From Bacteriovoracaceae bacterium (lineage in GTDB: Bacteria > Bdellovibrionota > Bacteriovoracia > Bacteriovoracales > Bacteriovoracaceae), in NCBI GenBank assembly GCA_048270185.1, contig JBLWTJ010000001.1, forward strand, positions 768,001 to 832,000: DNA of 64,000 nucleotides, written 5' to 3'. The position numbers and the translations under genes were made by a program. Below are positions 53,992-64,000 of this stretch, piece after piece (position 1 is the stretch's first letter; every line of letters starts with the position of its first letter). A model generated the notes under the pieces. It was not told the origin of the DNA and did no database searches. It saw nothing but the letters and a program-made list of their open reading frames with translations.

Positions 53992-55655
53992 TCTTTAATA
54001 ATTGTCACTTCATTCATTAAAACAGGATAGCTCTTACGAAGCTTCTTGCCGTTCTTTAGAACATAAGGCCATTCAATTGTCACTTCTTCGACTTTCTCAT
54101 TTCCAAGTCCGATGTGAACGAGGGAAGAGTTTTGAGGTTGAAATTGGCCAAATGAATAGTAGTGCTGTCTTGTGTAGGTCTTTCCACCCTTTGTATCCAC
54201 GATAACTTTGGCTCCAATAGCATCGCGGTTCGACTTCTTTCCTATAAGTTTAAGCTTAATGAAATTCTTTTGTGGAAGGCGATTTTCAAACAGGTAAACG
54301 CGAGGCTTAATTCTAAAGTCGCGAGTATTAACTTGAATCGTTAGAATATCCATACGGCCATCGCCATTATAATCAAAAGTTACAGTAGAGCTTGGGTTGA
54401 CGATATCAATTCCATATTCTTTTTCTCGTCCAACTAATTCGTGGTCATTTTCTTGAACGAAAGTGACAAGACGTGAATTAGGAGGGAATCCTGAGTTATC
54501 GATAATAAGATCGATTAGGCCGTCATTATTTAAATCAGTCCAAAGACCTCTCATATCACCTTGGTTCCAGTTTAAACTTCCACCATCATTAGTGTATTCA
54601 GTACGAAGAAATGAAATTTTTCGACGTCCTTCATTTGTTAATATACTAGAGCGATCACGTGATTCAGGGTCAATGGCCTTCGAAATCTCCCCCATCGCAA
54701 TATCGTAGTAGCCATCATTATTATAATCGCCACATATTGCAAAAGTTGAGTTACCTCCATTATGAAGACCACCACTTCTTATGGAGTCCATTGCATAGCC
54801 AGAACTTCTTCCAGCATCTTCATAAATAATATTCTTTCCTTGCTTACGCGAGAGCCAGAGTTTATTAGCGTATCCAGCGGAATTACTTGTTAGGATATCG
54901 GGAAATCCATCATTATTGATATCACAAATACTTGATGAGAATGTTGGTGAGATATAGATTTCTTGATCGGCCACTTCGTCGAGTTCAGTTGTTAGGGCGC
55001 CAGAAATATCATGAAGCTTCTTATCTTTATTTGTATAGAGTTCGTTAGCAACAGGGACTCCCCCTTTGCTCATATCAAACCAATTTGAAACAAAGACGTC
55101 GAGATTTCCATCATTATCATAGTCAAATAGGTTGGCACTTGTAATAGGAGCAATCGACTTGAATGAAAGCTCTCCAGCTTGTCTAAAAATGATACTGTCG
55201 TTACGAGACTTATGACCAAAAAATACTCTAATTGGTTTTTTAGTAAGTGCAGACTTTTGATTATGAAGCCCCACCATCACATCAGTGATGCCATCCTTGT
55301 TAAAATCTGAAAATTGCAGGAATGTAGCCTGAACATCTTCTTCAAAGTAAATATTCTTGGCCTTAACAAAACCACCTTCTCTTGTGGCCAAGTAGAATTC
55401 AACTGGCGAATAATTTCCCTTAAGAAAGGCCAAGTCCTCTAATCCATCTTGATTAAAGTCATAAACATAGACACGACTTGCAGAAATTCCTCCAAGTCCA
55501 ACTTTTTCAGTCACATCAACAAAATCTTGAGATGGCTTACTTGGCCCATAATTTATAGGAGGTGCTTTTTTAATTTCTTTTTGCTTTCTTAATTTTTTTA
55601 AGGAGCAACTTGCTAGGAGTGCAAGAGATAGAATGATAAGAGAAGATTTATTCAT
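53988..55655 (-). CDS. CRTAC1-like lipoprotein (FG-GAP/VCBS repeats plus ASPIC/UnbV domain)
   Basis: Lipobox LASC; repeated D(F/Y/I/L)(N/D)xDGxxD loops; C-terminal SNRDAIGAKV...HIGLG...IEWP. Confidence 0.9.
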   Translation of the reverse strand: MNKSSLIILSLALLASCSLKKLRKQKEIKKAPPINYGPSKPSQDFVDVTEKVGLGGISASRVYVYDFNQDGLEDLAFLKGNYSPVEFYLATREGGFVKAKNIYFEEDVQATFLQFSDFNKDGITDVMVGLHNQKSALTKKPIRVFFGHKSRNDSIIFRQAGELSFKSIAPITSANLFDYDNDGNLDVFVSNWFDMSKGGVPVANELYTNKDKKLHDISGALTTELDEVADQEIYISPTFSSSICDINNDGFPDILTSNSAGYANKLWLSRKQGKNIIYEDAGRSSGYAMDSIRSGGLHNGGNSTFAICGDYNNDGYYDIAMGEISKAIDPESRDRSSILTNEGRRKISFLRTEYTNDGGSLNWNQGDMRGLWTDLNNDGLIDLIIDNSGFPPNSRLVTFVQENDHELVGREKEYGIDIVNPSSTVTFDYNGDGRMDILTIQVNTRDFRIKPRVYLFENRLPQKNFIKLKLIGKKSNRDAIGAKVIVDTKGGKTYTRQHYYSFGQFQPQNSSLVHIGLGNEKVEEVTIEWPYVLKNGKKLRKSYPVLMNEVTIIKE

Positions 55656-55669
55656 ATAAATATTCTAAT

Positions 55670-55696
55670 AGGCCCTAGAAGAATTTACTAGGGCCT
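55670..55696 (-). terminator. Stem-loop after the acyl-CoA dehydrogenase gene
   Basis: AGGCCCTAG...CTAGGGCCT; weak U-tract. Confidence 0.55.
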
Positions 55697-55709
55697 AAGA
55701 GATTATTTT

Positions 55710-57476
55710 TTAGAATTCGATAATATCTAGTCCGTATCCATCAAATTCACATACTTGATCTGATGTTTCTTTAACAATTTTATCATCGTGAGAAGTCATG
55801 GCCTTAACATTTGTGACAACAATTGCTCTAGCATCTTTAAGAGCAACTTTTGCTAGGTTAAGAGCATAGTCTTTCTTCTTTTGATCAACTTTATCACTTT
55901 CTAAGATTGAAGTTGTACGAGAGATAACAGCAAGAATAACGTATAAATTAATTGCCATATCTGCGATACGCTTTTGTGGAAGCTCATTTCCGATAATATT
56001 CTTACCGTACTTCATCAGAGTGTTTTCAACTTGAATTGCAAATTGTCCAAGAAGAGTATTAAACTTTCCTGCTTCTTTTTCTAATTTAGGGTGCGCTTTT
56101 GTAATTAGACGTTGTCCAATCATCTTTGAAAAACGACCTTTAGCAAAGTTAGTTAAAACACCAACTGATTTAATTGGATCTTGAAGAGCTTTTGAAACAT
56201 CTGTAGCCTTCCCTAACTCCTTCATGCTCTCAGATGGGTTTCTGATACCAGATAGAGCAAGGAAGATACGAAGAATTTCGTTTGTTCCTTCGAAAATCAT
56301 GTTGATTCTTGAGTCTCTCATATATCTTTCATAAGGATACTCTTTCATATAACCGTTACCAGCTGCAATCTGCATCCCTTGGTCAACTACTTCCCAAAGT
56401 GATTCTGAACCATAAACCTTACAAACAGCAGTTTCAAGGTAGTAGTCTTTTAGGCCCTTGCACATATTACCAGTTGTCATATAAACGATTGATTCAGTTG
56501 CATAGATTCTTGCGGCCATGAGAGCTAGCTTATCTTGGATAAGACCAAACTCAGCAATTGGAGCACCAAATTGCTTACGTCCTTTTGCGTGTTCAGTTGC
56601 CATTTTTAGAATTGACTTCATCCCACCAACACAACCTGCACCTAGAGATAGACGTCCAGAGTTAAGAACGTTCATTGCAATCTTGAAACCTTTTCCAAGC
56701 TCACCGATGATATTCTCTTTTGGAACGATTACCTTGTCGAAGTAGACAGCACGTGTTTCTGAAGCACGAATCCCCATCTTTCTTTCTTTTTCTCCGAAAG
56801 AGACACCTTCCATATCTTTTTCAACGATGAAACAAGAGATCTTCTCTTTAACTTCACCATCAATTTCATGGTCTGTTTTAGCGAAAACACTATAGAATTC
56901 AGCTGTTCCAGCATTTGTAATCCAAAGTTTTTGACCAGTAAGAGTATATGTACCATCACCGTTATCAACTGCTTTTGTCTTAATTGAGTAAGCATCAGAA
57001 CCTGATCCTGGCTCAGTTAGACAAAATGAAGCAAGTTTTTCACCACTAGCAAGAGCTGGAAGCCACTTAGCTTTTTGTTCTTCTGTACCCTCATTTAATA
57101 GTGCACGGTAACCAATTGACTGGTGAGCACCAATCATTGTTGCAACTGCTCCATCAAATGAAGCAACTTCTGCAAAAACGCGGCTATAAAGAGTATAATC
57201 AAGACCTAGACCACCTAGCTCTTCCTTTACACCCATACCAAATAGTCCTAGCTCTGCAAGACCTTGCATAACTTCTGGTGGGATTTTTGATTCTTCATCC
57301 ATTTTTTCACAATCAAGAGTATCTTCACAGAATCTATTAACTGCATTGATCATTTCACGACCAAAATCTTGTTGCTCATCAGTAAAACCAGGGAATGGGA
57401 AAACATTCTCTTCTTTTACTTCACCAAAGAATAGTCCTCCAACAATTGAGTCCATCATTTGTTTTTCTTCACTCAT
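55710..57476 (-). CDS. Acyl-CoA dehydrogenase (long, VLCAD/ACAD9-like)
   Basis: [42 protein letters not shown]-terminal extension. Confidence 0.95.
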   Translation of the reverse strand: MSEEKQMMDSIVGGLFFGEVKEENVFPFPGFTDEQQDFGREMINAVNRFCEDTLDCEKMDEESKIPPEVMQGLAELGLFGMGVKEELGGLGLDYTLYSRVFAEVASFDGAVATMIGAHQSIGYRALLNEGTEEQKAKWLPALASGEKLASFCLTEPGSGSDAYSIKTKAVDNGDGTYTLTGQKLWITNAGTAEFYSVFAKTDHEIDGEVKEKISCFIVEKDMEGVSFGEKERKMGIRASETRAVYFDKVIVPKENIIGELGKGFKIAMNVLNSGRLSLGAGCVGGMKSILKMATEHAKGRKQFGAPIAEFGLIQDKLALMAARIYATESIVYMTTGNMCKGLKDYYLETAVCKVYGSESLWEVVDQGMQIAAGNGYMKEYPYERYMRDSRINMIFEGTNEILRIFLALSGIRNPSESMKELGKATDVSKALQDPIKSVGVLTNFAKGRFSKMIGQRLITKAHPKLEKEAGKFNTLLGQFAIQVENTLMKYGKNIIGNELPQKRIADMAINLYVILAVISRTTSILESDKVDQKKKDYALNLAKVALKDARAIVVTNVKAMTSHDDKIVKETSDQVCEFDGYGLDIIEF

Positions 57477-57645
57477 CTAAAAGTCCTTTTTAAATCCATA
57501 AGTTTGGATAAATAATAAATTGACTGAAATTCCCTGACATTTTAGCACGACTTTTGTCAAAATATCAAAGCAAACACTTATTAAGTTTAACCGACTCATA
57601 TGCTCGGCCATAAACAAAGAAAAATCTTACCGAATATTTCAAAGG

Positions 57646-57674
57646 TTGATGCTTTGGGTAAACAACCTTAAAAT
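57646..57674 (+). promoter_or_regulatory. Putative sigma-70 promoter of the gsp operon
   Basis: TTGATG-N17-TAAAAT. Confidence 0.35.
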
Positions 57675-57717
57675 ACTATAAGGTATTAAAATATAAAAAC
57701 TTTCAAGAAGAAACTTA

Positions 57718-59169
57718 ATGACGAAAAAGAAAGGATTCTTTTCAAAGATTAAATCTAAATTATCCAAAGATCAGGATGATGCTGATTTTGTTGACGCAGA
57801 AATCGAGTCGACAGATGAAGAATATGAGGATGAAGAGTACGAAGAAGAGGAAGAGTACGAAGACGAGTACGAAGACGTCGACTCCGTAAACGCAGACTCA
57901 CACACTCCACCGATCCCTGTTGTTGAAGACCCTACTCTCGAGGTCTATATTGATGAGCTGAGCTCAGAAGACAGTGACGAAGATAAAGGCTTTCTCAATA
58001 AGATTAAGAGTAAGTTAACAAAGAAATCCAACATTGACGACGAAGACTCTGAAGAAGATGACTTCGATGACGAACTCGAAGATGACGACTCAGACGAGCA
58101 AGAAGTTGATGAAAGTGAAAAATACAATGTCATGCAACGTATGCTCAATCGCATTAAAGACAAAGCACAAGATATCGATCTCTCTCGCGGGATTCCCAAA
58201 AAATCAAAAGGACAATCTTCTGGTGTCCAATACCTACTCCCTAATCTTCTAAGTTCTGAGTCACGTCCAAAGATTCATCAGTATTTCATTATCTTGCTTG
58301 CCTGTGTTTTCCTATACCAAATTGGAAAGGTTGCCGCCCTCTTTTTAAATAAGAAGGATAATGTCTCTAATATTCAAACTAATTTCAGCCGCCCTCGTAC
58401 TTTCGATTATAACGAACCGATAGCGAATATTAGAAATTACAATCCATTTAATATTCAAGAGGACGAAAATGATAAGCCTCAAGAAGTTAAGAAGCCAAAG
58501 AATGTTGTCAAAGTATGTAAAGAAGCAACAATTGAATCAAGGCTAGGACTTAAGCTTGAGAATACAATCGTTCTTCAAAATAGCATGAAGTCTGTTGCAA
58601 GTATAAAAAACCGTAACAAAGTTTTAAACATTAGAATCGGCTCTAAGATTGATAATATGGCAGAGATCGGAAATATCACACGTCAACGTGTGGTCTTTAA
58701 GAACTTAAGATCTGGTGAGTGTGAGTTCATTGCTAATGTTGATAATAAGTCGAAGCGCTTTGAGAGAAAGGCAAAGACAAAGGTTCACCCGCCAAGTGCA
58801 GCTAAAACACTAATGCCAGAGTTCAACAAAGATATTGCAGTTGAAGGTAATAACTTCAAAATTAAAAAGCAACTTAGAGATCAACTACTCTCTAATATCG
58901 GAGATGTACTTACACAGGCCAAGGCCATTACAATAAAAAACCCAGATGGAACACTATGCTTTAAGATGACAGAAGTTAAGGCCGGTTCAATCTACTCTTA
59001 CCTAAATGTACAAAATGATGATGTTATTTGTGAAATCAATGGGTCATCAATTAACAATATTAATCAGATAATGGGAATGTTCGGAAATATTAAATCAACA
59101 GACTATTATCAATTAGGTATTAAACGCGGTGGCGTTCAACAAAGTTACAATTACAATTTTGTCGACTAA
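57718..59169 (+). CDS. gspC: GspC-like T2SS inner-membrane protein with long acidic N-terminus and C-terminal PDZ domain
   Basis: Single TM, periplasmic HR-like region, PDZ (GSIYSYLNVQNDDVICEING); first gene before gspD. Confidence 0.75.
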   Translation: MTKKKGFFSKIKSKLSKDQDDADFVDAEIESTDEEYEDEEYEEEEEYEDEYEDVDSVNADSHTPPIPVVEDPTLEVYIDELSSEDSDEDKGFLNKIKSKLTKKSNIDDEDSEEDDFDDELEDDDSDEQEVDESEKYNVMQRMLNRIKDKAQDIDLSRGIPKKSKGQSSGVQYLLPNLLSSESRPKIHQYFIILLACVFLYQIGKVAALFLNKKDNVSNIQTNFSRPRTFDYNEPIANIRNYNPFNIQEDENDKPQEVKKPKNVVKVCKEATIESRLGLKLENTIVLQNSMKSVASIKNRNKVLNIRIGSKIDNMAEIGNITRQRVVFKNLRSGECEFIANVDNKSKRFERKAKTKVHPPSAAKTLMPEFNKDIAVEGNNFKIKKQLRDQLLSNIGDVLTQAKAITIKNPDGTLCFKMTEVKAGSIYSYLNVQNDDVICEINGSSINNINQIMGMFGNIKSTDYYQLGIKRGGVQQSYNYNFVD

Positions 59170-59184
59170 ATATAGGGATCATGG

Positions 59185-61539
59185 ATGAAAAAACTATTTT
59201 TAAACCTATCTGCTCTTTCTTTACTTTGTCTTTCAGTGCCAACGCATGCGCAGTTTAGGCAGTTTAAATCGAAGACTAAAGTAAATCGAGACTCTGCTCC
59301 ATCAGCTGCAAGTCTACTTGACAGTAGTGCTTCTTCTGGCAGCGATGCTTTTGGTCGACAAGAAACGTCTCCAAAGAAATCAGATGATGCTTTTGTTAAC
59401 TTAAATCCTGAAACAGCATTTGGGCCAGAGATCATTACAAGTTTTGACTTTGAAGACACTTCCCTACAAGACCTGACAAAGCACATGCAAAAACTTACTG
59501 GTCTTAACCTCATTATCGACAAAGATTTAAAAGGGAAAATCACAATTTCAGCGCCAAATGCCATTACTGTTGGTGATGCATGGAAAGCCTACCTTGCAGC
59601 TCTTAATATGAATGGACTAACAATGGTTAAGTCAGGTGCTTTCTATAAGATCGTTCAAGCAAGAGATATTCGTTACGTTCCGACAAAGATCTATACTGGA
59701 AACTATGTTCCAGAAACTGAAAACTACTTAATGAAAATTATCGCCCTTAAGAATATTGACTCAACAGAGGTTTCAAGATCATTTAGACCTTTCATGTCTC
59801 GCTATGGACGTATTATTGAAATCAAACAAACAAATACAATTATCATTCAGGATACTGGTTCCAATATCAACCGTCTTATGAGTTTAATTAAATTCATCGA
59901 TGTTCCTGGCCATGAAGAAACACTTCAAATTATCCCTGTAAAAAATACTTCTGCTTCAGAAATTGCAAAACTTCTTGATAAGATTCTAAAAGATGACTCT
60001 TCAAAGAAAACAGCTCGTCGCTCTAGTGATGGTGGAGGACAGAGTATTTCAAAGCTTACAGCAGAACCGAGAACAAACTCGATTATTGCCATGGCAAACT
60101 CAAGTGGAGCTAAGAGACTAAAAGAGCTAATTAATAAGCTTGATGTTGAACTAGTTGCTTCAAATAACGAACAAATCCACGTCTACTATCTCTACCACGG
60201 TGATGCTGAAGATATTTCAAAAACTCTATCAGAGCTAGTTAGTGGTTCTAAGTCGAGTTCAAGTTCAAGAACAGCAAGAACTTCACGTTTTTCTCGAGCA
60301 GCACAAAATGATGCCAACGAGTTATTTAACGCTGAAGTTAGGGTTACGGCCGATAAATCAAATAACGCTCTCGTTGTTACTGCCTCTCCTACAGACTGGC
60401 TTACACTTGAGAAAGTTATTAAGAAGCTAGACCAACCGAGAGACCAAGTCTTTATCGAAGGTCTTATTATGGAAACAAATATTTCGAAGTCACGTGACTT
60501 AGGTGTTTCAATCGTTGGTGCATATGGTTCAGGTGCTGCAAGTCGTGCTGGTTCAATTCAGGGGACTTCAGGTACAACTCTGACTAGTCTACTAACAGGT
60601 AACTGGACTTCACTTGGTGGTCTATTTGCCGGAATTGGTTCAGGTAAGAAAATTGAAACAACTGTTGGTGGACAGACTGTTGAAATTGACTCATTCAACG
60701 CACTTGTTTCAGCTTTTGCAAGTAATGGTGATACAAATATTCTTTCAACTCCTCAACTACTAGTTCAAGATAATACTGAAGGTGTCTTTGAAGTTGGTGA
60801 GAAGGTTCCAGTTCCAAAAGAAACTCAAGCGGCCAATGGTTCGACATCAACGTCACTTGAAACACAGAACGTAACATTGAAAATGAAGATCACTCCACAA
60901 ATTAATAAAGTGACTCGTTATATTAAACTTAAAATCGATCAAAACTTTGAAGACTTTTCAAGTCGTGCCCTACCATCAGGTGTACAAAATGTTGGAGTTG
61001 GAACAGTCGTAAGAAGTGCTGTGACAACAGTGACAGTTAGAGATCGTGACACAATTGCCATGGGTGGGATGATGAGAGACAAGACTGTTGACTCAGTTTC
61101 TAAAGTTCCTCTACTGGGTGACATTCCAGTTCTTGGTTGGCTATTTAAGAACACAAGTTCTCAGACAGAAAAATTAAACCTTCTCTACTTCCTAACTCCA
61201 AGCATTCTTGATAACTATCAAGACGATGTTGCTAAGTCTGTTAAAGAAGGTCTTAATCGTCGTGCAGCTCACCTAAAAGAGCACCATGGAGAAAAAGATC
61301 CATTTAAAGCAACAGCTAAAGGTCTATACAATAAAGCACAAAAACAGCAAGAAGGTCCTCTTTACGATAAGGATCGTGCTAAGTTCTATCAAGACCAAAA
61401 TAACGATAGTGTTATGAATGAGAGCAATGGCAAAAGCGATCAGGACGTTCCAAACTACAAGGAAATTGTTCAACAAGTACAAAATAAGAAAGCGGCTGCA
61501 AAAAAAGCTAGCAATCAAGACGTTATTATTAAAAAGTAA
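59185..61539 (+). CDS. gspD: Type II secretion secretin
   Basis: N0-N3 domains, NILSTPQLL, VGEKVP, KVPLLGDIPVLGWLFK. Confidence 0.96.
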   Translation: MKKLFLNLSALSLLCLSVPTHAQFRQFKSKTKVNRDSAPSAASLLDSSASSGSDAFGRQETSPKKSDDAFVNLNPETAFGPEIITSFDFEDTSLQDLTKHMQKLTGLNLIIDKDLKGKITISAPNAITVGDAWKAYLAALNMNGLTMVKSGAFYKIVQARDIRYVPTKIYTGNYVPETENYLMKIIALKNIDSTEVSRSFRPFMSRYGRIIEIKQTNTIIIQDTGSNINRLMSLIKFIDVPGHEETLQIIPVKNTSASEIAKLLDKILKDDSSKKTARRSSDGGGQSISKLTAEPRTNSIIAMANSSGAKRLKELINKLDVELVASNNEQIHVYYLYHGDAEDISKTLSELVSGSKSSSSSRTARTSRFSRAAQNDANELFNAEVRVTADKSNNALVVTASPTDWLTLEKVIKKLDQPRDQVFIEGLIMETNISKSRDLGVSIVGAYGSGAASRAGSIQGTSGTTLTSLLTGNWTSLGGLFAGIGSGKKIETTVGGQTVEIDSFNALVSAFASNGDTNILSTPQLLVQDNTEGVFEVGEKVPVPKETQAANGSTSTSLETQNVTLKMKITPQINKVTRYIKLKIDQNFEDFSSRALPSGVQNVGVGTVVRSAVTTVTVRDRDTIAMGGMMRDKTVDSVSKVPLLGDIPVLGWLFKNTSSQTEKLNLLYFLTPSILDNYQDDVAKSVKEGLNRRAAHLKEHHGEKDPFKATAKGLYNKAQKQQEGPLYDKDRAKFYQDQNNDSVMNESNGKSDQDVPNYKEIVQQVQNKKAAAKKASNQDVIIKK

Positions 61540-61559
61540 TTTAGAGGCTAAATATTTTT

Positions 61560-63299
61560 ATGAAGAACCAAATGCTCGAAACATTTGAACAAGGCAAAGA
61601 AAAGATTGGTGAGCTACTTTTAAAGCACACTTCTCTGACTCGCGAACAATTAGATGAAGCCTTAGATATTCAAGAAGAATCAGGAATGCTCATTGGGGAA
61701 ATTCTACTTAAGAAGAATTATATTCACCCTCACGACATTACGAAAGTTATTTGTCACCAAATTGAGATTCCTTATGAAACAGAAATTAATGTGGATGAGA
61801 TCGATCCGGAACTGATCTTAAACATCCCTATTAACTATGCAAAGAGCCAGGAACTTATTCCAGTACTTGAGACTCCTCGCTTTGTTTCTGTCATCATAAC
61901 TGATCCATTCAATTTTGATGCAATTAATGACCTTAGAGAAATCTTTAAGAAAGATATTCATATTTCTGTTGCCCAACCTCTTAAGGTTAATGATGCCATT
62001 AATCGTGTTTATGAGAAGGCCAATAAGAATATGGTTCAGTCCCTCGAAGATGAGTTTGATGAAACTCTCGATCTTGACGGGCCAATTGATATTCTCGATG
62101 CTGGCGCTGATGAGGCTCCAGTAATTCGCTTTGTAAACTCAATCATTTTTAGAGCAGTCAAAGAGCGTGCCACAGATATTCACATTGAACCATATGAGAA
62201 AGAATCGATCTATCGCTTCCGTATTAACCGAGTCATGACTGAAGTTTTAAGACAACCCCTAAAAACTCACTCAGCGGTTGCCTCTCGTATTAAAGTTATG
62301 GCCAAGCTTGATATTGCTGAAAAACGTCTTCCACAAGATGGACGTATTCCAATTAAAATGGCCGGTAAAGATATCGATATTCGTCTTTCAACTGTCCCTG
62401 TTCAAAACGGTGAACGTATCGTTATGAGGATACTTGAAAAAGACAATAATGTATTGCAACTCGACCACTTAGGTTTCCACGGAAAGGTATTAAAGAATCT
62501 CGATGCCCTATCGCAGAGAAAAGATGGAATTGTTTATGTATCAGGGCCAACAGGTCACGGTAAATCGACAACACTCTTTGCCATGCTTAGCCGTATCAAT
62601 ACTCCAGATCGTATGATTATTACAGTTGAGGACCCAGTGGAATATGAAGTACCAGGTATCTCACAAATTCAAGTTAACCATAAAATTGAATTAAGTTTTG
62701 CCAAGGCCCTAAGAGCAATCCTTCGTCAAAACCCTGATGTAATAATGGTTGGGGAAACAAGGGATTATGAAACGGCAGAAATGGCAATTCAAGCATCGAT
62801 TACTGGTCACTTTGTTCTATCGACAATTCACACCAACGATGCAGCTTCAGTACCTAACCGTCTAATTGATATGGGTGTTCAGCCATTTATGATCGCCTCC
62901 TCTCTATCGGGAGCATTGGCGCAGCGTCTTATTCGAACTCTATGTAAAGAGTGTAAGAAGCCAAAAGAAATCACTGAATTTGACTTAGAGGTTCTCGGAA
63001 TTAAGCAAGTTCCAGAAGGATGTACTGTCTACGAATCTGTTGGTTGTCCAAGTTGTGACAATAAAGGCTACTCGGGAATGACAGTTGTTTCTGAATTATT
63101 AATGATTAATGACGAGATTCGTTCACTTATCATTAACTCTGCCCCTTCAGGAAAATTAAAGAGAGTTGCTCAAAAAAATGGAATGAAGACATTAAGAGAT
63201 GATGCCATTGAGAAAGTTCTTATGGGTGTTACATCAATTGCTGAAATGAACCGCGCCATCAATATTGAAGGCCAGGAAGAAGAAACAACGAACGAGTAA
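61560..63299 (+). CDS. gspE: Type II secretion ATPase with N-terminal MshEN-like domain
   Basis: KIGELLL / LIGEILL, TDIHIEP, SGPTGHGKST, LRQNPDVIMVGE, zinc CKEC...CPSC. Confidence 0.96.
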   Translation: MKNQMLETFEQGKEKIGELLLKHTSLTREQLDEALDIQEESGMLIGEILLKKNYIHPHDITKVICHQIEIPYETEINVDEIDPELILNIPINYAKSQELIPVLETPRFVSVIITDPFNFDAINDLREIFKKDIHISVAQPLKVNDAINRVYEKANKNMVQSLEDEFDETLDLDGPIDILDAGADEAPVIRFVNSIIFRAVKERATDIHIEPYEKESIYRFRINRVMTEVLRQPLKTHSAVASRIKVMAKLDIAEKRLPQDGRIPIKMAGKDIDIRLSTVPVQNGERIVMRILEKDNNVLQLDHLGFHGKVLKNLDALSQRKDGIVYVSGPTGHGKSTTLFAMLSRINTPDRMIITVEDPVEYEVPGISQIQVNHKIELSFAKALRAILRQNPDVIMVGETRDYETAEMAIQASITGHFVLSTIHTNDAASVPNRLIDMGVQPFMIASSLSGALAQRLIRTLCKECKKPKEITEFDLEVLGIKQVPEGCTVYESVGCPSCDNKGYSGMTVVSELLMINDEIRSLIINSAPSGKLKRVAQKNGMKTLRDDAIEKVLMGVTSIAEMNRAINIEGQEEETTNE

Positions 63300-63314
63300 T
63301 AAAAAGAGTAAGAA

Positions 63315-64000
63315 ATGGCCATATTTGATTATAAAGGGATTGATCGCACCGGAACGGAGAAGAAAGGTAATATCACGGCCGAAAATGAGCAGGCCGCTAA
63401 ATCCAAAATTCGTGCCCAAGGTATTATGCTGACTTCAATTAAAGAGCATAAGTCTTCGAGTAAATCTTCTTTTGAATTAAATTTTGGAAGTACTGTCTCA
63501 ATCAATGATCTATCACTGATGACAAGACAGCTCTCAACTCTGGTTAAAGCAAAGATTCAAATTGTTGAGGCCTTTAATGCACTCATCGAACAATGTGAAA
63601 ACCCAAAACTTAAAGTTGTCCTTTCAGAAATTAGGCAAAAAGTTAATGAAGGTAGCTCACTTGCAGCAGCCTTTGCAGATTATCCAAAAATCTTTAATAA
63701 TATTTATGTCAATATGGTTGAGGCCGGAGAACAATCAGGAACACTTGATGTTGTCCTTATTCGTCTAGCTGAATTTTCTGAAGCGCAGGTAAAGCTTAAG
63801 AATAAAGTTAAAGGCGCAATGATGTACCCTATTATCATGCTCCTTGTTGGTGCGACTGTAATGGGTGTTATTCTCGTGCTTGTTATTCCTAAGATTACAA
63901 AAATCTTTGTTTCCATGAAAAAGGAATTACCACTGCCAACAAAGATTTCCATCTGGCTTTCAAGCTTTTTACAAAACTACTGGTGGGCAGTTATCATTGG
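63315..64000 (+). CDS. gspF: Type II secretion inner-membrane protein (runs off the window's right edge)
   Basis: Not in the ORF track; read by hand: MAIFDYKGIDRTG, TRQLSTLVKA, NMVEAGEQSGTLD, GAMMYP. Confidence 0.93.
   Translation, partial: MAIFDYKGIDRTGTEKKGNITAENEQAAKSKIRAQGIMLTSIKEHKSSSKSSFELNFGSTVSINDLSLMTRQLSTLVKAKIQIVEAFNALIEQCENPKLKVVLSEIRQKVNEGSSLAAAFADYPKIFNNIYVNMVEAGEQSGTLDVVLIRLAEFSEAQVKLKNKVKGAMMYPIIMLLVGATVMGVILVLVIPKITKIFVSMKKELPLPTKISIWLSSFLQNYWWAVII

Noticed and set aside
57541..57558. Sigma-54-like TTAGCAC-N5-TTGT upstream of gspC
   Set aside because: Both invariant dinucleotides (GG at -24, GC at -12) are broken.
1..64000. rRNA, tRNA, prophage, integrase or anti-phage defence genes
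   Set aside because: None recognised by eye; tRNAscan-SE, Infernal and DefenseFinder runs would be needed to exclude them formally.

Overview
AT-rich chromosomal segment. Gene content and style (many Cys-rich secreted proteins, subtilases, orphan pilin, T2SS) best fit a Bdellovibrionota predator such as Halobacteriovorax/Bacteriovorax; this is inferred, not database-checked. In order: (1) a stress-detoxification block with di-haem peroxidase, a TauE/DUF442/2xYeeE/persulfide-dioxygenase operon with a divergent Crp/Fnr regulator, and hmp/nsrR with an NsrR box; (2) a repeat- and hairpin-rich gap holding a candidate sigma-54-driven ~90-nt sRNA with a GU-rich 5' end; (3) YceI, ffh, HAD hydrolase, dus; (4) a ~13-kb run of uncharacterised exported proteins with sigma-28/sigma-54-like promoters, including a 1671-aa Cys-rich lipoprotein with a possible LecA-like lectin module; (5) haem genes (short hemA, hemC-hemD-like fusion, hemL, hemE) with an embedded two-component system, split by a type I secretion-like cassette whose two ABC proteins both have degenerate ATPase motifs; (6) aminopeptidase, orphan pilin, xth, fabI, a second two-component system, deoC, orphan CpaF; (7) a RAYT HUH transposase between GTAG-type REP repeats; (8) a CRTAC1-like lipoprotein, acyl-CoA dehydrogenase and gspC-D-E-F(partial). 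The ORF track gives the wrong strand for the subtilase at 35825-37156; it is on the minus strand. No rRNA, tRNA or CRISPR array was recognised.
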